A stretch of DNA of 64,000 nt from Gonapodya sp. JEL0774 (taxonomy: Eukaryota), in the NCBI GenBank assembly GCA_027604505.1, contig JADIIX010000017.1, positions 124,001 to 188,000 of the forward strand, written 5' to 3'. This document shows positions 47,860-61,673 of the stretch, in pieces. Within the stretch, counting starts at the first letter, position 1, and each line of letters opens with the position of its first letter. Below the pieces are notes generated by a model that saw only the letters and a list, made by a program, of their open reading frames with translations, was not told the origin of the DNA and ran no database searches. The position numbers were made by a program, and so were the translations under genes.

Positions 47860-50800
47860 ATGTCTCCCCCAGTCACCGCAAACGATGGAAGCAGGTTTCT
47901 CCAGCTGGATCAATCCCAGAAGCAGAAAAATGTCAGCGTAGCTCCGATTCTGCCGCTCCTTCCTCCTGTTTCGCCGACGACTGCAGGTACGGTGACCAGC
48001 ACCCCGCCGTCGTCGCAGTCCTCGCCTGGAGCTGGATGGGACGCCCTTGCTTCGCCCGGCGAACATTCTCCTGTAATTCACCCGCGTTATGGACCGTCTC
48101 TGTCGTCTTCCTATGTACTCGCTTCCCCTCCTACCCAAACCTCCACGTCTTCAACTGAAAAATGCAATTCCCCACGCACTCTCAACCGGGAGCTCAACGT
48201 GCATTTACAGCACGCATCCTCCCTTCTAAACCACCCTTCAATCAACCACCTCGAGCACTACAGAAACTCAATCCTCTCGGGTTTCGCGGCCGCTTCCGGT
48301 GGTCCCACCGTATCGCCTTTGTCCTTACTTGACCCTTCCCCTGGACTCAACGACTCGTCACCATCTGTATATCATCGACATGTCTTTGCACCAGAACTCA
48401 CACCTGTGCATCTCGCCTCCTTTGTCCCTTTCACATCTCCCGTGCTTGACCTTGGTGATGAACCCGATAGCCTCATACATTCACTTTCTGAATCTCGATC
48501 CTCTCAACAAATGGTACCTTTTTCTACTTCTCGTGCATCTGCATCTGTTTTGAATGACGGCCTCACACATGCCGGAGTTTTCCCAGAGCCCACCTCTGAA
48601 GCAAGTGTGCTCCACCATGATGCTGGTGAAGCGAATAATCCCAGTTTTCCCACCGCCAAACACCGTAACTCTCTGCTAGTCACCTCATCCGATCACACGC
48701 CATCTTTTGTACATATACCGTCCGCATCCACCACCACTTCTTCCTCTGGTGGGAGGGCACCTGGCCGCCTCCCGCACCGGCCTGCCCCACCACCGCCCGC
48801 AGGCTACCTAAATGACATTAGCAGGGCTACTACGCACGTCACTGTTGATGGAACAACTGAACAAGATATCAAAGGAAGGCGGCCCATAGAAGAAGCCGTT
48901 TCTGCATCCCCCATCAAGAACCTACCGGCACTCCCGACACCGCAGTTAAGCTCACCTACGCCATCTCACTCTTATTCAGATGATTTCGAGCCCGCTACGG
49001 AGCATCTATCACGTTCGGCCTCGCCCACGTACTCTTATTCGCTTTCCATTCAATCTCACCTGTCGTCACCGGTGCAATTGGAACTGAAACCTCCTACTCC
49101 CACCGCCACCACGCCCATGCGCTGCACATCTCCTTCGCCATCTTCGTCACCGAAAACCGTGTCGCCTTTATCTCCTCCATCCTCACCGTCCACGTCTGCG
49201 CACACCACTCCTGCCCGCCCTACTCCCTCACTCAATTCAATGCAGGCTCGACCTATTGCGACGCCGGCCAGGTGGCGGAGGCAAACCACACCACCTGCGG
49301 CCGTCTTGAGTGATCGAGTGTATGCAGCGAACCCTGTTGGCAGTACCACCAGAGTCACTGCAAATTTGGAGCCCGACTGCGGAGATGATGAGGAGAGTGG
49401 CGGGGCCGGCAACACGGCAGATGGGGGAGGATACTCCTATCCTACTACGACTACTCCAGCAGGTCCGTGGAGAATGGGCGTGCCAGGTGGGGAATGGGTC
49501 GAGTTTGATGTGGAGGACCGGGAGGAAGGAGCAGCTCAAGGGTTAAGCAGTTCGAGCAGCAACAGGTATGAGCCCGGTTTTGGTGGTGGGCTGGATGGGG
49601 AGCAAGAACGAAGGCAGGACCCTGCGGAATATTTTGCCTTACTGGCTGACAAAAGACGAGGTGGCATAGGAAGGCTTGCTCGCGGAGGGGGTATTCACCG
49701 CCCACATCTCACGTCACCGCCACCTCGCGTCACGTCCCATCTTTCTAGTCCTGCTGCGATGCGCCGCGTGCTTGTCGGCTCAAATTCAGGGTCGCCATCC
49801 CCTTCGGGGTCGGGAATGGGTTCGCGAACACCCAGTCCATCGTCGCATCACTTTCGTCGCCGGTCCCCATCACCCGGATCGTTATCTCTCTCCCATGGCT
49901 CTTCGTCGTCATCGCAGTCGTCCGTGCGATCACCGTCATCGTCTGTGGGTGTTGCAGATTTGGGGGATGCGGATGGGGAGGACTACGAAGGGTTTTTCTC
50001 GTTTGAAAGGCCTTCCAGCGGGCGGATTGTACAGACGTATGGAGTTGGGGCGTATGCCCAGGGTCAGGGCATTGGGTATGGACCGACTTCTGTGCCAGAA
50101 AATCATGGTTATTTGGGACACCACCCCGGGATACCTATACGCCCGCGAGCGAGCTTGTGGACCGGAACAGGTGCAAATGGGAGTGGTAGTGGTGGAACGA
50201 GCAGAGGAACCTCCACTCCTCCTTCGAATGGCACTGGCACTGCTTCCCGACGGCCACCATCCGCAGCGACGAGATCGGAGAACGGAAACGCAGGAGGAAT
50301 GGACGCCAAGGACTTACAGAGACTGATTAGGGAGCATACGGAGGAAGAGCGGCGGAGGAAGGAAGCAGAGGAGTTAAAGGAAAAGATCAGAGCTGCAATG
50401 GGAGGACGGGGAATCAGTGCGGGGGAGGCTGTTTCAGATAAGGCGCTTCAGAAAGGTGGAAGGTTGGGAATGGCGATGGAGAGAAGGCGTAGGAGAGCGG
50501 AGAAGCTTGCAGCCGGCAAAAAGGCGGCCGAAGGAGCAACGACTACGTTGGTGACTGCCGCGCCGCCGCCATTGACGCTGGAGGTGTCACACCAGCATTC
50601 TAGTTCATTGTCTGTGGGAGACAAGAATGCGGGCGATAGTGACGCCGTGGCAGTCACTGTTTCAGTGGTATCCGCACCTGAGTCGACTGGAGGTATGGTT
50701 GGAGACTCTGGGAAAGGCAAGAAACCTAAAGGGAAAAGGAAGGGGAAAAAGAAAGGAAAAAAGGGGAAGAAGGGTGCAGCTGGGGGAAACAGAGAATCCA

Positions 50801-53740
50801 CGGCGTACGGAGGGGAGACAAATGAGGGTGCGACCAAAACCGCGGACCCTGACGAAAGCGAAGAAGAATCTGAACCCACTGCCGATGTCGATGCAGCGTT
50901 TGTGGGTATTAATCTGGGAGTGCCGGAAGAAAGCGGTGGGAGTAGTGTGACACTGGTGGAGGATAGCGGAGAGGTTGGAGGAGGGGCACAAGACAACGAA
51001 ACCCAGGGGAATGGGCACATGCTCGGCGAAGCAAAGGTGCCCTCTGCAGATGACTTCGAAAGAAGTCAGAGCAAGGAAAGAGAGAGAGACCACGTTTTCA
51101 GCCGACATGCCAACAGATGGGCCGGAAGAATTGCAAATGGGGATAGTGACAACCGCAACCCTGTCGGAGTGCAGGTGCCTGCTGGGACAGCGACAACTAT
51201 GACTTCATCAACTGTCGCTCTTTCGCCTTCCAACGAATTGTCAGACGTGGCTGCATCCATTGCATCCAATGGATCCGAACTGACCACCACCGGTGCCTGC
51301 CCCCCATCTGAATCCGTATCTATCCTTCCTGTCGCTACACGTACTCCCGAGCCCCAAACAGGATATCGTGAAGAATCTGTTGAATACATGGCTGTGAGCC
51401 CCATGATTCCTTCGTGGAGTTATGCAGACCTTGTTCAGACTTTGGCAAAGGAAGGATGGCAGACTGGGTCCACTGCGAGAACCATCGTGGATGATGAGTG
51501 AGTCGTGCGTGTATGTTAAGAGCATTTGTGATGCTAGAGGCTAATGTCCCTGTTGTTCTCTTGTGCTCTTCCATGTTAGACGCCTGGCCGCGTGGAATCT
51601 CTCTCCAATATTCCTCTTCAAGCTCCCTGAGGAGCGTTGGACGCGATCCGCTGTCTTAGTTCTCGAGCTCCACCGGACGAAGTCTGATTCCATGGACCCT
51701 CTCTTCTCTGTACCATTCCTTGCACGCTTGTTGAACGCGCTCCCTGTCGATGCTGTGCCCACCAACATTTCACCTGGGAGTTTGTTTGGGAGGGTGACGT
51801 GTTCCACAAAGTACGATGAAGAATTAAGGTTCAAAGTTGTGGACATAATGAGCAAAGTCCCTACGAGAATGGGGGCTGAGAGCAAGATTGCTTCCAGACC
51901 GCCTGTTTTGTGGTCAGGTGATGGAGTGCCACAGGTTGGTCTTATCAGTTGGTGAGAATTCAAACCAAATTTAATCCGATTTGATCGTTCGTGCTGTGCT
52001 TTCGCAGATTTATGTCGTGGCGTGTCGTTCTTCACACGGTGTTGCCCTGATGCGTCGGCTGATGACACCTCCCTCACCACTATCTCCAGCCACGCCGGTA
52101 TATCTCGATCCTCCAACCCGGTTTGAGCTGCTGGGTATCAAATGTGCGGACTCCCTGCGTCTAAACCAAGCGAAGATGGTCACCCCGCTTCCGGTTGGAC
52201 ATCCAGGCTACAACAAGAGCCTCAACTCTCTCATGGCCCGTGTGTCGATGGAGTCAGAACGTCTGACTAATCCGGGGTTTACCCCCTTTGTCCAATGGAT
52301 TGTGCTTGCTTTTCGTGGATTCTGTAGTTCGGCTACTATGGAAACTGTCCTTAGCAAATATCGCTCCGATGTTGGAACAAAGCCGGAATCGTTCGACATT
52401 GTGGTATCGCCCACAGCTGAAGCCGGGTACGACTGGACTGCTACCTTTTTCCGTGACGCGGAAATTGTTCAGGATTATTCGTTGTATGCCAAAGGTGACG
52501 TTTGGGCTCCAGAGAAGATGCTCAGTTTGCACCCCATGCGATGGGCGTACGCGGCGCCTGCGTTTGAGACGACGATTTGCATTGTACGGGAGTCACACAT
52601 TATTCGCGTGGGCGACCTTATGGCCTCTCTGACGGCAGTCGGGGTTACTTTGGTAGGACTCAGGATGACAACGCTCGGCATGGTCGAGGCAGCTCGGATG
52701 GTTGCTGCGGAGGCAGAGCGGGAGCCTGGGATCAGCAGCCAAGCGCGTCAAACCTTTCAAACTTGGCACGCAGATAAGGCCGCCATTATTCTGTGCGTGC
52801 TGGGTATCAACGTGATTAGGCAGGTTCAGCAAGTACTCCAAAAGTTTAACGCGGATTTGCTGTGTTCCCATGGTCAGAGTGCTGGTGGTAAACGACCAAT
52901 CTCGGCGAGGGAGAGGCTGCTCATGGGGGTATTCTGTGAGTTACAGTTCCAATATTATATTATGTCCTCTGGAACTCATGATATTGATCCTGGACATCAA
53001 ATTTCAGCGCCAACATCTTTACTTGTGGCCACTAGGTTCCGGCAGTCTCTTTTCCCACATGGCGTGGCACTTGGAATCCGGTCTAAAATTGTCGATGGTG
53101 GAGTGAGTTCGAAGCCTCTTTCACATCTGAATGATCCTTCAATCCTTCCGCCGAACAGCTCATACAAGTTCTTCGCCCGGTTGTCACTTCCGAGTCCTCA
53201 TCACGGGTCATGACGCCCATTTTGCCTCCTAGTTCTGCTGCGGCCCTTGTCGTACTACCTCCAACAAGCTCTTCGTATTCTCAGACAGTTGAGGACTGGT
53301 CGCGCCTTGTTAGCAGGTTGCTCATGACTTCCCAGTCAGGAAGTGACCACCAATCCGAAATCTATGTGCTCGGATTGTATTTGGGGCCTCTGACCGAACA
53401 ACAGACGGAAAAATTATTGATGATTTCGAATGGCGCTCATTTGGATTCTGTTGATTCTGGCATTCGGGCGGCTGTCCAAAGGGGACCATGCTTTGCAACG
53501 GTTGTTGGTCGGAAAGGCAAGTTTGCACCCATGGCCGACAGACTGAAGGAAGCCTTATTATTGTGAGTTTGCGCAATTTCTCTATCTTGACAGTGCCTCA
53601 TGATTGTGCTGCCATCCCGATCCATTAGCTGGAATGCCCCTGTGTCTGTTCCCGAAATTGCAACGACTCAGCAGGCAGCACTTGAGCAAATCTCTGTGAT
53701 TTTCAGCTCCTTGGTGATACCCTCGGCGCTGCGCGCCTGA
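47860..53740 (+). CDS. Large protein with ~1200-aa disordered N-terminus and degenerate NDK-fold domains (DNAAF8/Daap1-like); multi-exon
   Basis: Long Ser/Pro/Gly-rich exon 1, then FELLGIKC..QAKMVTPLPVG, ETTICIVR..RVGDLMASLTAVGVTLVGLRM and ATTQQAALEQISVIF, resembling nucleoside-diphosphate-kinase fold elements. No catalytic HGSD motif seen. Confidence 0.55.
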
Positions 53741-53954
53741 TAAGTGGCTTGAACGGACTTTCTGAGATTCCTGTTTGCACTTCATTGTTGCGTCAGCAAA
53801 TATGCACAGCTTGGCCTTGTTATTTCAGGCCATTGATACATATCCCATTCTAGAGGAGTTCTTTTTCGCAAATAGTGTACAGCGCCGATATGGCAAATGT
53901 TTCTGTAGTAATTCATTCATAGAAGCACGGATCCGTCATTGTTGTAATTCGAGA

Positions 53955-56127
53955 ATGGAACCAGTGTCAAATTTCCCGCTTGTCTTCCCGGCTTCATCCG
54001 CAACTCCGTGCCGTGATTTTCATGGACTGATTCCCGCAGCCGGTCGAGAGTTCGCAGTTGCTTTCAGACTTCCGGGAAGAAATGCACGAAAGCGCCCAAG
54101 AGACCATGAGAGAACAACATCCACAGAAGGCATCAAAGACAAGGAGGATCCAATTTTAATGGTGGATGATGAATTGCTTGGGGTGTTGCAGGTCTGCGAG
54201 GATGCTTTGAAAGATGTGAATGTTGGACCCAATACTTGTGACTCTTTCCTCAGTACTTAATCAGCTAATTTAAAAAGTATCTGAGACAACGGATCCTTGT
54301 TCCTTAGCGGCTGGCTCGCAGCCTCACTGCGGAATCGTTCTTGACCGATTTCACCGAACTGGTCGTGAGTCGATCTATCACGCTGAAAGCTACCCCGTCC
54401 CTCAATTACATGTCGCCTGTACAAGGAATCTGTGCTTGTGTCACGCCCTCTTCCTCCACGCCCAACTGAGTGGTCGGGAGATTTCTATGCATCTGCCTTT
54501 GCCGAGATAAAAGCGTTGGGGTGGCACAGACTCCAGGATGTTGACGAATCATTTAGTGAACTCACGTTGAAAGCCAGGTAAGCTCACGCTGATAGTTTCG
54601 CCCATGTGGTACGCAGTGAGCCTGGAGACTTCGTGAAGTGGCAGCTCGTACTTCGAAGTGACTCTAATGAAGCTTAAGGAAGCGCAATTGTCGCGAACAG
54701 TTTAAGAGAAGAGGACTGGGACAATCTTTGTTGACCTACTAAAAGAAATCTGGGTTTTCGGAGCACGCCCAAGGTGCACACTCTAACCGTTTCTTTCAGC
54801 GACTCTCGCGCACGGTCGCATTTTGTTCGCATAGCACTACCACGCAGTGGTTTCGGCATGCATGGTTCGCGACCCGTTACTGTGCGCATGGATTTGCCGG
54901 GACACACAGCACCTACGAAAGTTGCCACATCTCGCCTCAGTGCAGCGGAAGGAGGATCGATGGGGTTAAGGGATATTCTGAAAACATTCGAAAAGGTGAG
55001 AGAGCGGAGAAGAGAAAAAGAAGCGATTATTTCAAGTAAGCGGAACCCCACACACCACATCCTTAACCTAATTAGATTCTCGAAGAATATCAAGTCTTTT
55101 GGTAAATATCGTCATTTTGTTGCTCACCAATTTAGTTCATCCTTAATCTTCCAGAACTCTCTACCAATTGAAAGGGATCAACTTGACGACTTGGACGCAA
55201 ACACGTGGATTGTCGAACCCGACCCTCCTCGCCGAAGTCATACTTACCGCCGGGTGGCTCTTGGTACGTTGCACTTAGAGGACACTGGGTCGTCTCGTAA
55301 CACTTTTGAGCTATTCGCGTTGTTGTCAAATGTCATAGGAAACAACCTATATTTGCACGTTGACCTTGATCCACTTGCACCACTCGCACCTCCGGCATAC
55401 AAATTTCTTGGTGCAGATCGAGCAGCGATTAAGGCTAGGGAAACAGCGAGGAAAAATGTCTCCTCATGGTGAGTTTTGCAATCATCTTCTTATGTCACCG
55501 TCTTCATTCTTCAACCTGGTGGTTTTAGGGACCTTTCAAGGACTCTCCGTGCAAACCTCGAAGCATTAATAGAAATGCCGTTACCCCCACGACCCGCTAC
55601 CGAGCACACAGCATCGCAGTCGTCGACTGGAGGGGCCGTGGGCGTTAGGGAGTGTGGCATATGTTACTCGTGAGATTTTGCGTGGACCTCTTTCGGCGTC
55701 AGTACCTTGAAGGTTTAATGTCCTTCAATTTCTTCAAATCCGCGCGCTCAACAGCCATCGCCTCCCCGTCGATTTTGGGATGGATGATGGCCCAAGTCGA
55801 AGTGTTGACGCGGACGGCGCAGTCCCTGATCAGGTTTGCCGAAACGGCATGTGTGGACGAGTGTTTCATCATAGCTGCTTGGTATGTGCGGTCGCGTTGG
55901 TTTATTGGCAAGCTTGGTGACGACGTCGCCGTCGGTGATTGATTATTGCGTTAAGTATGAATGGTTGCGATCTCTTCCGGCAACTCGGGTGGTCTTCGGT
56001 GCATTGCAGGGGGTATGTCCATACTGCTCGCATGTAAGTGGTGGTGTTGGTCTCCTGACGCGCTTCTCTTCGATCAACCATTAAAACCCCGTAGGTTATC
56101 ACAACCACAAAGCCCACACCTGAATAA
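53955..56127 (+). CDS. FANCL: E3 ubiquitin ligase FANCL; multi-exon
   Basis: DDLDANTWIVEPDPPRRSHTYRRVALG | NNLYLHVDLDPLAP..KFLGAD; C-terminal RING ECGICYS..PDQVCRNGMCGRVFHHSCL | YEWLRSLP..VFGALQGVCPYCS. Confidence 0.9.
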
Positions 56128-56668
56128 TAGGTAACGTCGACAGTCACTACACACACTTTCGTGGGGGACCTAGAAGCAGGTCGATTTCCTCAAGAGGAGA
56201 AGTCTTCCCTCCCTGCACACCGCACGGCGAGGATATTGATGGATAAAGAGAGTGAAAACCAACGAAGTATTCAGAAAGAGAGACACATTTCTGGAACGCT
56301 TGACTGATTGAACGATTTTGAGTGTGGACCAACCGGTCTTCTCATTCGAATAGCGATTGTGAATAGAGGAGAATGTTGTAATATAGTTTGTAACATAACG
56401 TGGCAATGATGTCTTTGTTTTTGATACCGTGCCTGGACAGCAGCAGTCACGTTGCGGCGGAGCTTGCCAACATAAATATCTTTTCCAAATCCTATCAAAT
56501 TTCCGATACGTCAAGGTTTTCAACACTTTGAAATCTCGCAATCCCTTCCGTCACCGGGGCTCGCTGAGTGCCATCGTCCCCGGTCGTTGTTCCTGCCAAG
56601 TGCGCTCGACCCGTCCGTAGGGAGCTCTCACCAGGGATTCAAAGTCTTGCTCGGGATTCACAAACGCC

Positions 56669-58349
56669 ATGTATTCCGGATCCGACCTGCCACTCCATCG
56701 TAAGGACATCCATGCCAATGGGTCCGCTGGCTCCTCCCCCTACTCTTCCCGCGCACACTTTGCCACATCGCGACCCACGTATTCCTCCTCACGTCGTTCT
56801 TCGCCCCGGTGGCTCACCACCTTCTTCATATATGTCGCTCAAATCTATGGCGACCCAAAGACTCGCAAGGTTTTCCTTTTTCTCTGCCTCAACTTATCCT
56901 TCACCGGTGTCGAAGCGGTCTACGGCTACCTGACCAACTCTTTGTCGCTGACCTCGGATGCCGCTCACATGATGTTTGATTCGTCATTCATTGCACTGAG
57001 TTTGGCGGCGAGTGTGGTCACGACGTGGGAGGCGGACGATAAGTTCACTTACGGGTGGGTTTGGTACATCGCGCAAGATTGTGGCCGTTGGGATTGTGAG
57101 CGAAGTCGCCTTTGCGGGGAAACCCTTAAGCTTACTGAGCACAAAAATGGAGAGCGATTTGAGAGCTGGACTGGCTTCTTCTTGCTGAGAGTGGTGCTCA
57201 TGCCAATGCTCAGCCAACATTGCTGCCCGTCCATCCTCCCACTTACAGTTTTGGTCGCGTCGAGACCCTCACTGGGTTTGTAAATTGTGTTGTCCTTATG
57301 GGTGCGGCGATTTCCATCATATGGGAGTCTGTGGAGCGGATCCTAGAACCCCAACATGTGCACTCGGAGAAACTTTTGGTGGTGGCAGTGCTGGGGTTGG
57401 CTGTAAACATAGGTGAGTGGTATTGTTTTTGAGGTTCAAGGATGGTGGGGGGATTCTAGACGGAACTTGATTGGAGGTTCAAGTGGTGGAAGGAAGCAGT
57501 TGCTCTTTCCACTGCGTTCACTCGTGGTGATGGCAGAACCCAGTCGTTGCTTTTACCGGGAGGGAGGGCGTTGCTTGGGTCTCTGCCAGTCCTACTAGAC
57601 TATCATAACACTGTGTTCATATTAACGTCAGTTGGCATCTTCGCATTCGACCACGCCGCCCTCCACGGCCACTCCCACGATGGCCACGACCACCACGATC
57701 ACGGCTCGCACGCGCACGCTCACTCTCACTCACACGCCTCGTCACACGGGCATGACCACTCCAATGGTTCCCATGGGAATCATGGACACTCGCACGGAGG
57801 AAAAGAGGAGACGAACCCCCTCATGCATGGCATGTTTCTGCATGTTCTTGCGGATACGATGGGGAGTGTGGGGGTGGTTGTGAGTGCGCTGCTGATTCGA
57901 TGGTTTGGTGAGTGTCAGAAGAAAGAACAGGAGTTGGGTGGTTTTTTTTGAACTCTGAGCTGTTCTGCCCAATGCCCACTATCAACTGGGAATGGTCAGG
58001 CTGGACATGGGCGGACCCCATCTGCTCCCTCGCGATCGCCATCCTTATTGTAGCGTCAGTGTACCCCTTACTTGTGCGTTCCTGCAATGTTCTGCTGCAA
58101 CGTGTTCCGTCCTCGGTGGACGGTCGCGTCTCTGAGCTTGCCCCGCGTATCATGGCAGTTCCGGGCGTTGTCGGATACTCCCCACCGCACGTGTGGGAGA
58201 TGTCCAGCACCAACTTCGTGGGCACCGTAAAGGTGCAGGTTGGCGAAGGGGCCGACTGGCAAGCCGTTGTGGATGGTGTCGGTCACGTCCTGAGGGATGT
58301 GGGTTGTCGGGACGTTGTGGTACAGGTTGAGAGGAGCAGAGTACTGTGA
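56669..58349 (+). CDS. Cation diffusion facilitator zinc transporter (ZnT7/Msc2-like); multi-exon
   Basis: FLCLNLSFTGVEAVYG..NSLSLTSDAAHMMFD; FTYG | FGRVETLTGFVN; His-rich loop; MHGMFLHVLADTMGSVGV; WADPICS; VLLQRVP. Confidence 0.95.
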
Positions 58350-59009
58350 CCATAATCCGTGTATTGCTGAGGTACTTCTGCCGACATAATTAATTTACAT
58401 GTAGCTCTTCCCAACAAAAGAAATTGTTGGAGCGGCCTTATAGTGTACTTGTACTGGGAAGGGTTGTACAACCCCGTCTGGCCACAGATCCGATCATTCA
58501 TCTCAGTTCGAGTTCGCTCTTTTCGTTAAAATTTGGAGCAGAAATCTCGAATGTTTGAAATTTTGGAATTTTTAATTTTCTGTTTTTCTTCTTGTCGTTG
58601 TGGGTCTTTACTCATGCGGATTCCACCGGTTGTGTGGGGATGTTTTCATGGGGGCAGGACTGCGCCACTGTCGAACCCTTGGCTCTTGGTAGCCGACAAA
58701 AGTTCCACAACACCAAACATTCCAACATTGCGGAATCGAAACAGCGCGTGGAGGACGGAAACTGTGAGCGTGTTTGGCCTTGAAAGGCGTATTCGGCGCT
58801 TCTGAAGAGTCTCCACTTTCCCAATGGCGGCGCTGACGTGAATCGGCGATTGCTTTTACTTTTCCTTCCTTCAATCTCAAGCTTCTTTCCACTGCGCATT
58901 TCTCGAAACTTGCATCCGCATCGTTTCCAATCTCAGCAGGCTGTTGGTTCCTGCCGGTGTGGGCAGAACATTCTCTCGAAAGCTCTTCCTCAGCCTTTTG
59001 GCACTGGAT

Positions 59010-61673
59010 ATGGCTGCGACCGAGGGCTCCACAAGAATGCAGCCGCTTTCTCTCAGTCGCTCTCCATCACCTCCGGATATGCTTGATATTTCCTACTCAT
59101 TGCTCTCGCTTGCGCTCAAGAATCCGAGAGCTCTCTCCAGGGACCCACACCTGAACCTGGATGAGCAAAACTCCAATCCGCAACAGCACTTTGATTTCTC
59201 AGCATGGCCATCTCCATTCCCCAACAGCCATACCCAAATCCCATTTGACCCGATATCCGCTCAACAGTTTATCTTTGATTCCATCCAGAAGGAGGTTGAC
59301 GCCATGTCCGAGGTGGACGGCGAGCGCGATGAGTTGTCCGACGAAGATGATGGTGATGGACACTTGGATGCAGCCATGAATGCATCGCAAAACGGGGTTG
59401 TGATTCCGAATCCCCCTTCCATTTCTGCATCGACGACCGTGCACTCGCCAGCTGGAGAAAGCAACTTCCCATTATCTGAGGACGTCACATCAGATTCATG
59501 GAAACCCACAGGTCAAATTGCACCGATTTGGACTACGGAACTAGCAGATGCCGAATTAATTTTGCATGAGTCTGCACCCACCATTGCGACCCACTTGGTG
59601 CTCTCACCGTCGGGATTGGAGCCTCTGGTCGCCCCCGAACCTCCTTTCACGCTCCTACCTCCTGCAGTTGCACCGACTTCCAACTTGATTTCACTGGGAA
59701 ACCGCTATCCTCCGCATACACCTTCTTTTTCCCGGCGCACGAGCGGACTCGTGGAGGTTGAGGAGTTCTCGGAAACTTCAGTAGCACCGGATGACCTAAA
59801 TGATCTTTCAAGCCGTTTGTTAGATCCATTATCCCCCGAATTTGATCATCCACAGTCAGTACTTCGAGCTGACTTGACCAGCATTCTCGATCCGGATGTG
59901 CCAGTCCATACACACTGGCCGGACCAGTCGGTGTTGAATCTCGCCGCCGCCGCACCCCCTCTTCCCCTATTCTCCCAGCTCTCTGAACGTGGATCGTACT
60001 TGCCACTCGCTGGTAACTTTGAAGAAGATGGCGGCTTGAATGAGCTTTCTTCCTCTCGCCGCCCGCTCCTCCGAGCACCGCCGCTGCATCCTGCGCACGA
60101 CCCACCTGGTGCATTAGTGACCAAGCGCCGCGCCATGTCGCCCCCTCCGTTGGCTCACATGTCTCACCGGCGGCCCAAGAGGTCGATGCTGGCAGATTTT
60201 CGTCGAGACGAGGGGGCGCTGGAATCCGAAGACCATGAGAACGAACCTTCTGACGCTCTTGAGGACGCATACGAGTGGCGTGGTGAAGAATACGGATCGT
60301 TGAAGGGGCACAAGAGAGGGATGCGAGATGTTCGCCTGGAGAGTTACACGGGTTTGCACGCAGAGTCCGAGCTGGATCCTTCACACAATCTCTCCAACGT
60401 CAGAAATCGCGGCCGGAAGGCGCGTCGAACTGAAAATGGCCGGGAATGGACGGTAGAGGGTGACGAGGAGCATTTTGACAGCGATTCAATCACCATGCTG
60501 CAAGGTAGTATGCAAGGTGGACCGGACAAGGAGATGGTGCGAGACATGGATGGATGGACCAACGGCGAAAAAACGCGCAAGACATACTACGTGTCAGGGT
60601 CCGCACTAGCACCCTCTCCCGCACACAGCAGCTTTCCAAACCGTCAGCGTGTCATTCTGAAGCCTACGCTTAAACGCTCCGCAGCATCATCGACTCAAGA
60701 ACATCAAAGTTGGGGGTCTGCCTCTCCTCCAAGTCATTCCGCTCCGCCGACATCCCAACATCCCTCTGCTCGACCCCGAAAGCGCTCTCATGCTCCCTCC
60801 CCCCTCACCAGATCAATAATTGCTACGGATCCACCCCCCGAGGAACCGTCCGAACACAGCGCTCCCACGCTCACCGTCGAGGAAGATTCAGAAGCTGATT
60901 ATGGCACTGGGGATCAAACTACAAACGAAGGAGAAGTGGAACGGGACGGTCTTACTGTCCAACCATCAAGTGATGCTCCCGCTCCGTCACCTTCTGTAGG
61001 ACAAGTCAGCCCCGCCGTTCGACCGGTCTCCGCTGTGCCCACTAGATTACGCAAGGCATTATCGAAGGAGCGGGATTCCTCCGAGAGCGTTGCGCGAGGT
61101 CCGACGGGCGGGGTCCGTGCCGCGGTCAGAATTGAGAGCCTTGCTGGCGGAGATGGCGATGATGAACGTGATAGCGCCCAGGCAGATCCTCGAGGAATTC
61201 GAAAACGGAAACGAAAGATCTCATCCGGATTTTTGGAGGTGTTTGCGCTGGAGAGGGACAAGAAGCTTCGCGAGGCGTTGGTCATTGCTTCTGGGGGCGA
61301 CCCTGATGACCAAGCATCACACTCACCACCCACGGCGATTCTTACTTCGCCATCTCCTCCCGTGGTGTTGGTGTATCCCCGTCCCGCATCGTCCCCCTCT
61401 CCTGCCCCCACGGCACCGGTGATCGTGCCCGCCGACGCCCACTTACACCACCAACGGACACAACTTCTCCGAAAAATTGCCAAGAAAATAAAAAGTCATG
61501 CGCGGAGATTGGATGAGCTCGGAGATTCGGGGGATGTTGAGGGCGAGGGTGACAAGGAGAGACGGAAGTTGGTCGGAGCAAAGGCGAGATTGGTCAGGAG
61601 GCAAAAGTTGCTGAAAGGGATTGCAGCCGCCGAAGTGGTAGGCTTGGGGGATGCAGGCGTCGTAAAAGGATGA
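59010..61673 (+). CDS. Hypothetical intronless, largely disordered protein with basic C-terminal helices
   Basis: Uninterrupted ORF of ~890 codons; Pro/Ser/acidic composition; NLS-like RKRKRK; no recognised domain. Confidence 0.7.
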   Translation: MAATEGSTRMQPLSLSRSPSPPDMLDISYSLLSLALKNPRALSRDPHLNLDEQNSNPQQHFDFSAWPSPFPNSHTQIPFDPISAQQFIFDSIQKEVDAMSEVDGERDELSDEDDGDGHLDAAMNASQNGVVIPNPPSISASTTVHSPAGESNFPLSEDVTSDSWKPTGQIAPIWTTELADAELILHESAPTIATHLVLSPSGLEPLVAPEPPFTLLPPAVAPTSNLISLGNRYPPHTPSFSRRTSGLVEVEEFSETSVAPDDLNDLSSRLLDPLSPEFDHPQSVLRADLTSILDPDVPVHTHWPDQSVLNLAAAAPPLPLFSQLSERGSYLPLAGNFEEDGGLNELSSSRRPLLRAPPLHPAHDPPGALVTKRRAMSPPPLAHMSHRRPKRSMLADFRRDEGALESEDHENEPSDALEDAYEWRGEEYGSLKGHKRGMRDVRLESYTGLHAESELDPSHNLSNVRNRGRKARRTENGREWTVEGDEEHFDSDSITMLQGSMQGGPDKEMVRDMDGWTNGEKTRKTYYVSGSALAPSPAHSSFPNRQRVILKPTLKRSAASSTQEHQSWGSASPPSHSAPPTSQHPSARPRKRSHAPSPLTRSIIATDPPPEEPSEHSAPTLTVEEDSEADYGTGDQTTNEGEVERDGLTVQPSSDAPAPSPSVGQVSPAVRPVSAVPTRLRKALSKERDSSESVARGPTGGVRAAVRIESLAGGDGDDERDSAQADPRGIRKRKRKISSGFLEVFALERDKKLREALVIASGGDPDDQASHSPPTAILTSPSPPVVLVYPRPASSPSPAPTAPVIVPADAHLHHQRTQLLRKIAKKIKSHARRLDELGDSGDVEGEGDKERRKLVGAKARLVRRQKLLKGIAAAEVVGLGDAGVVKG

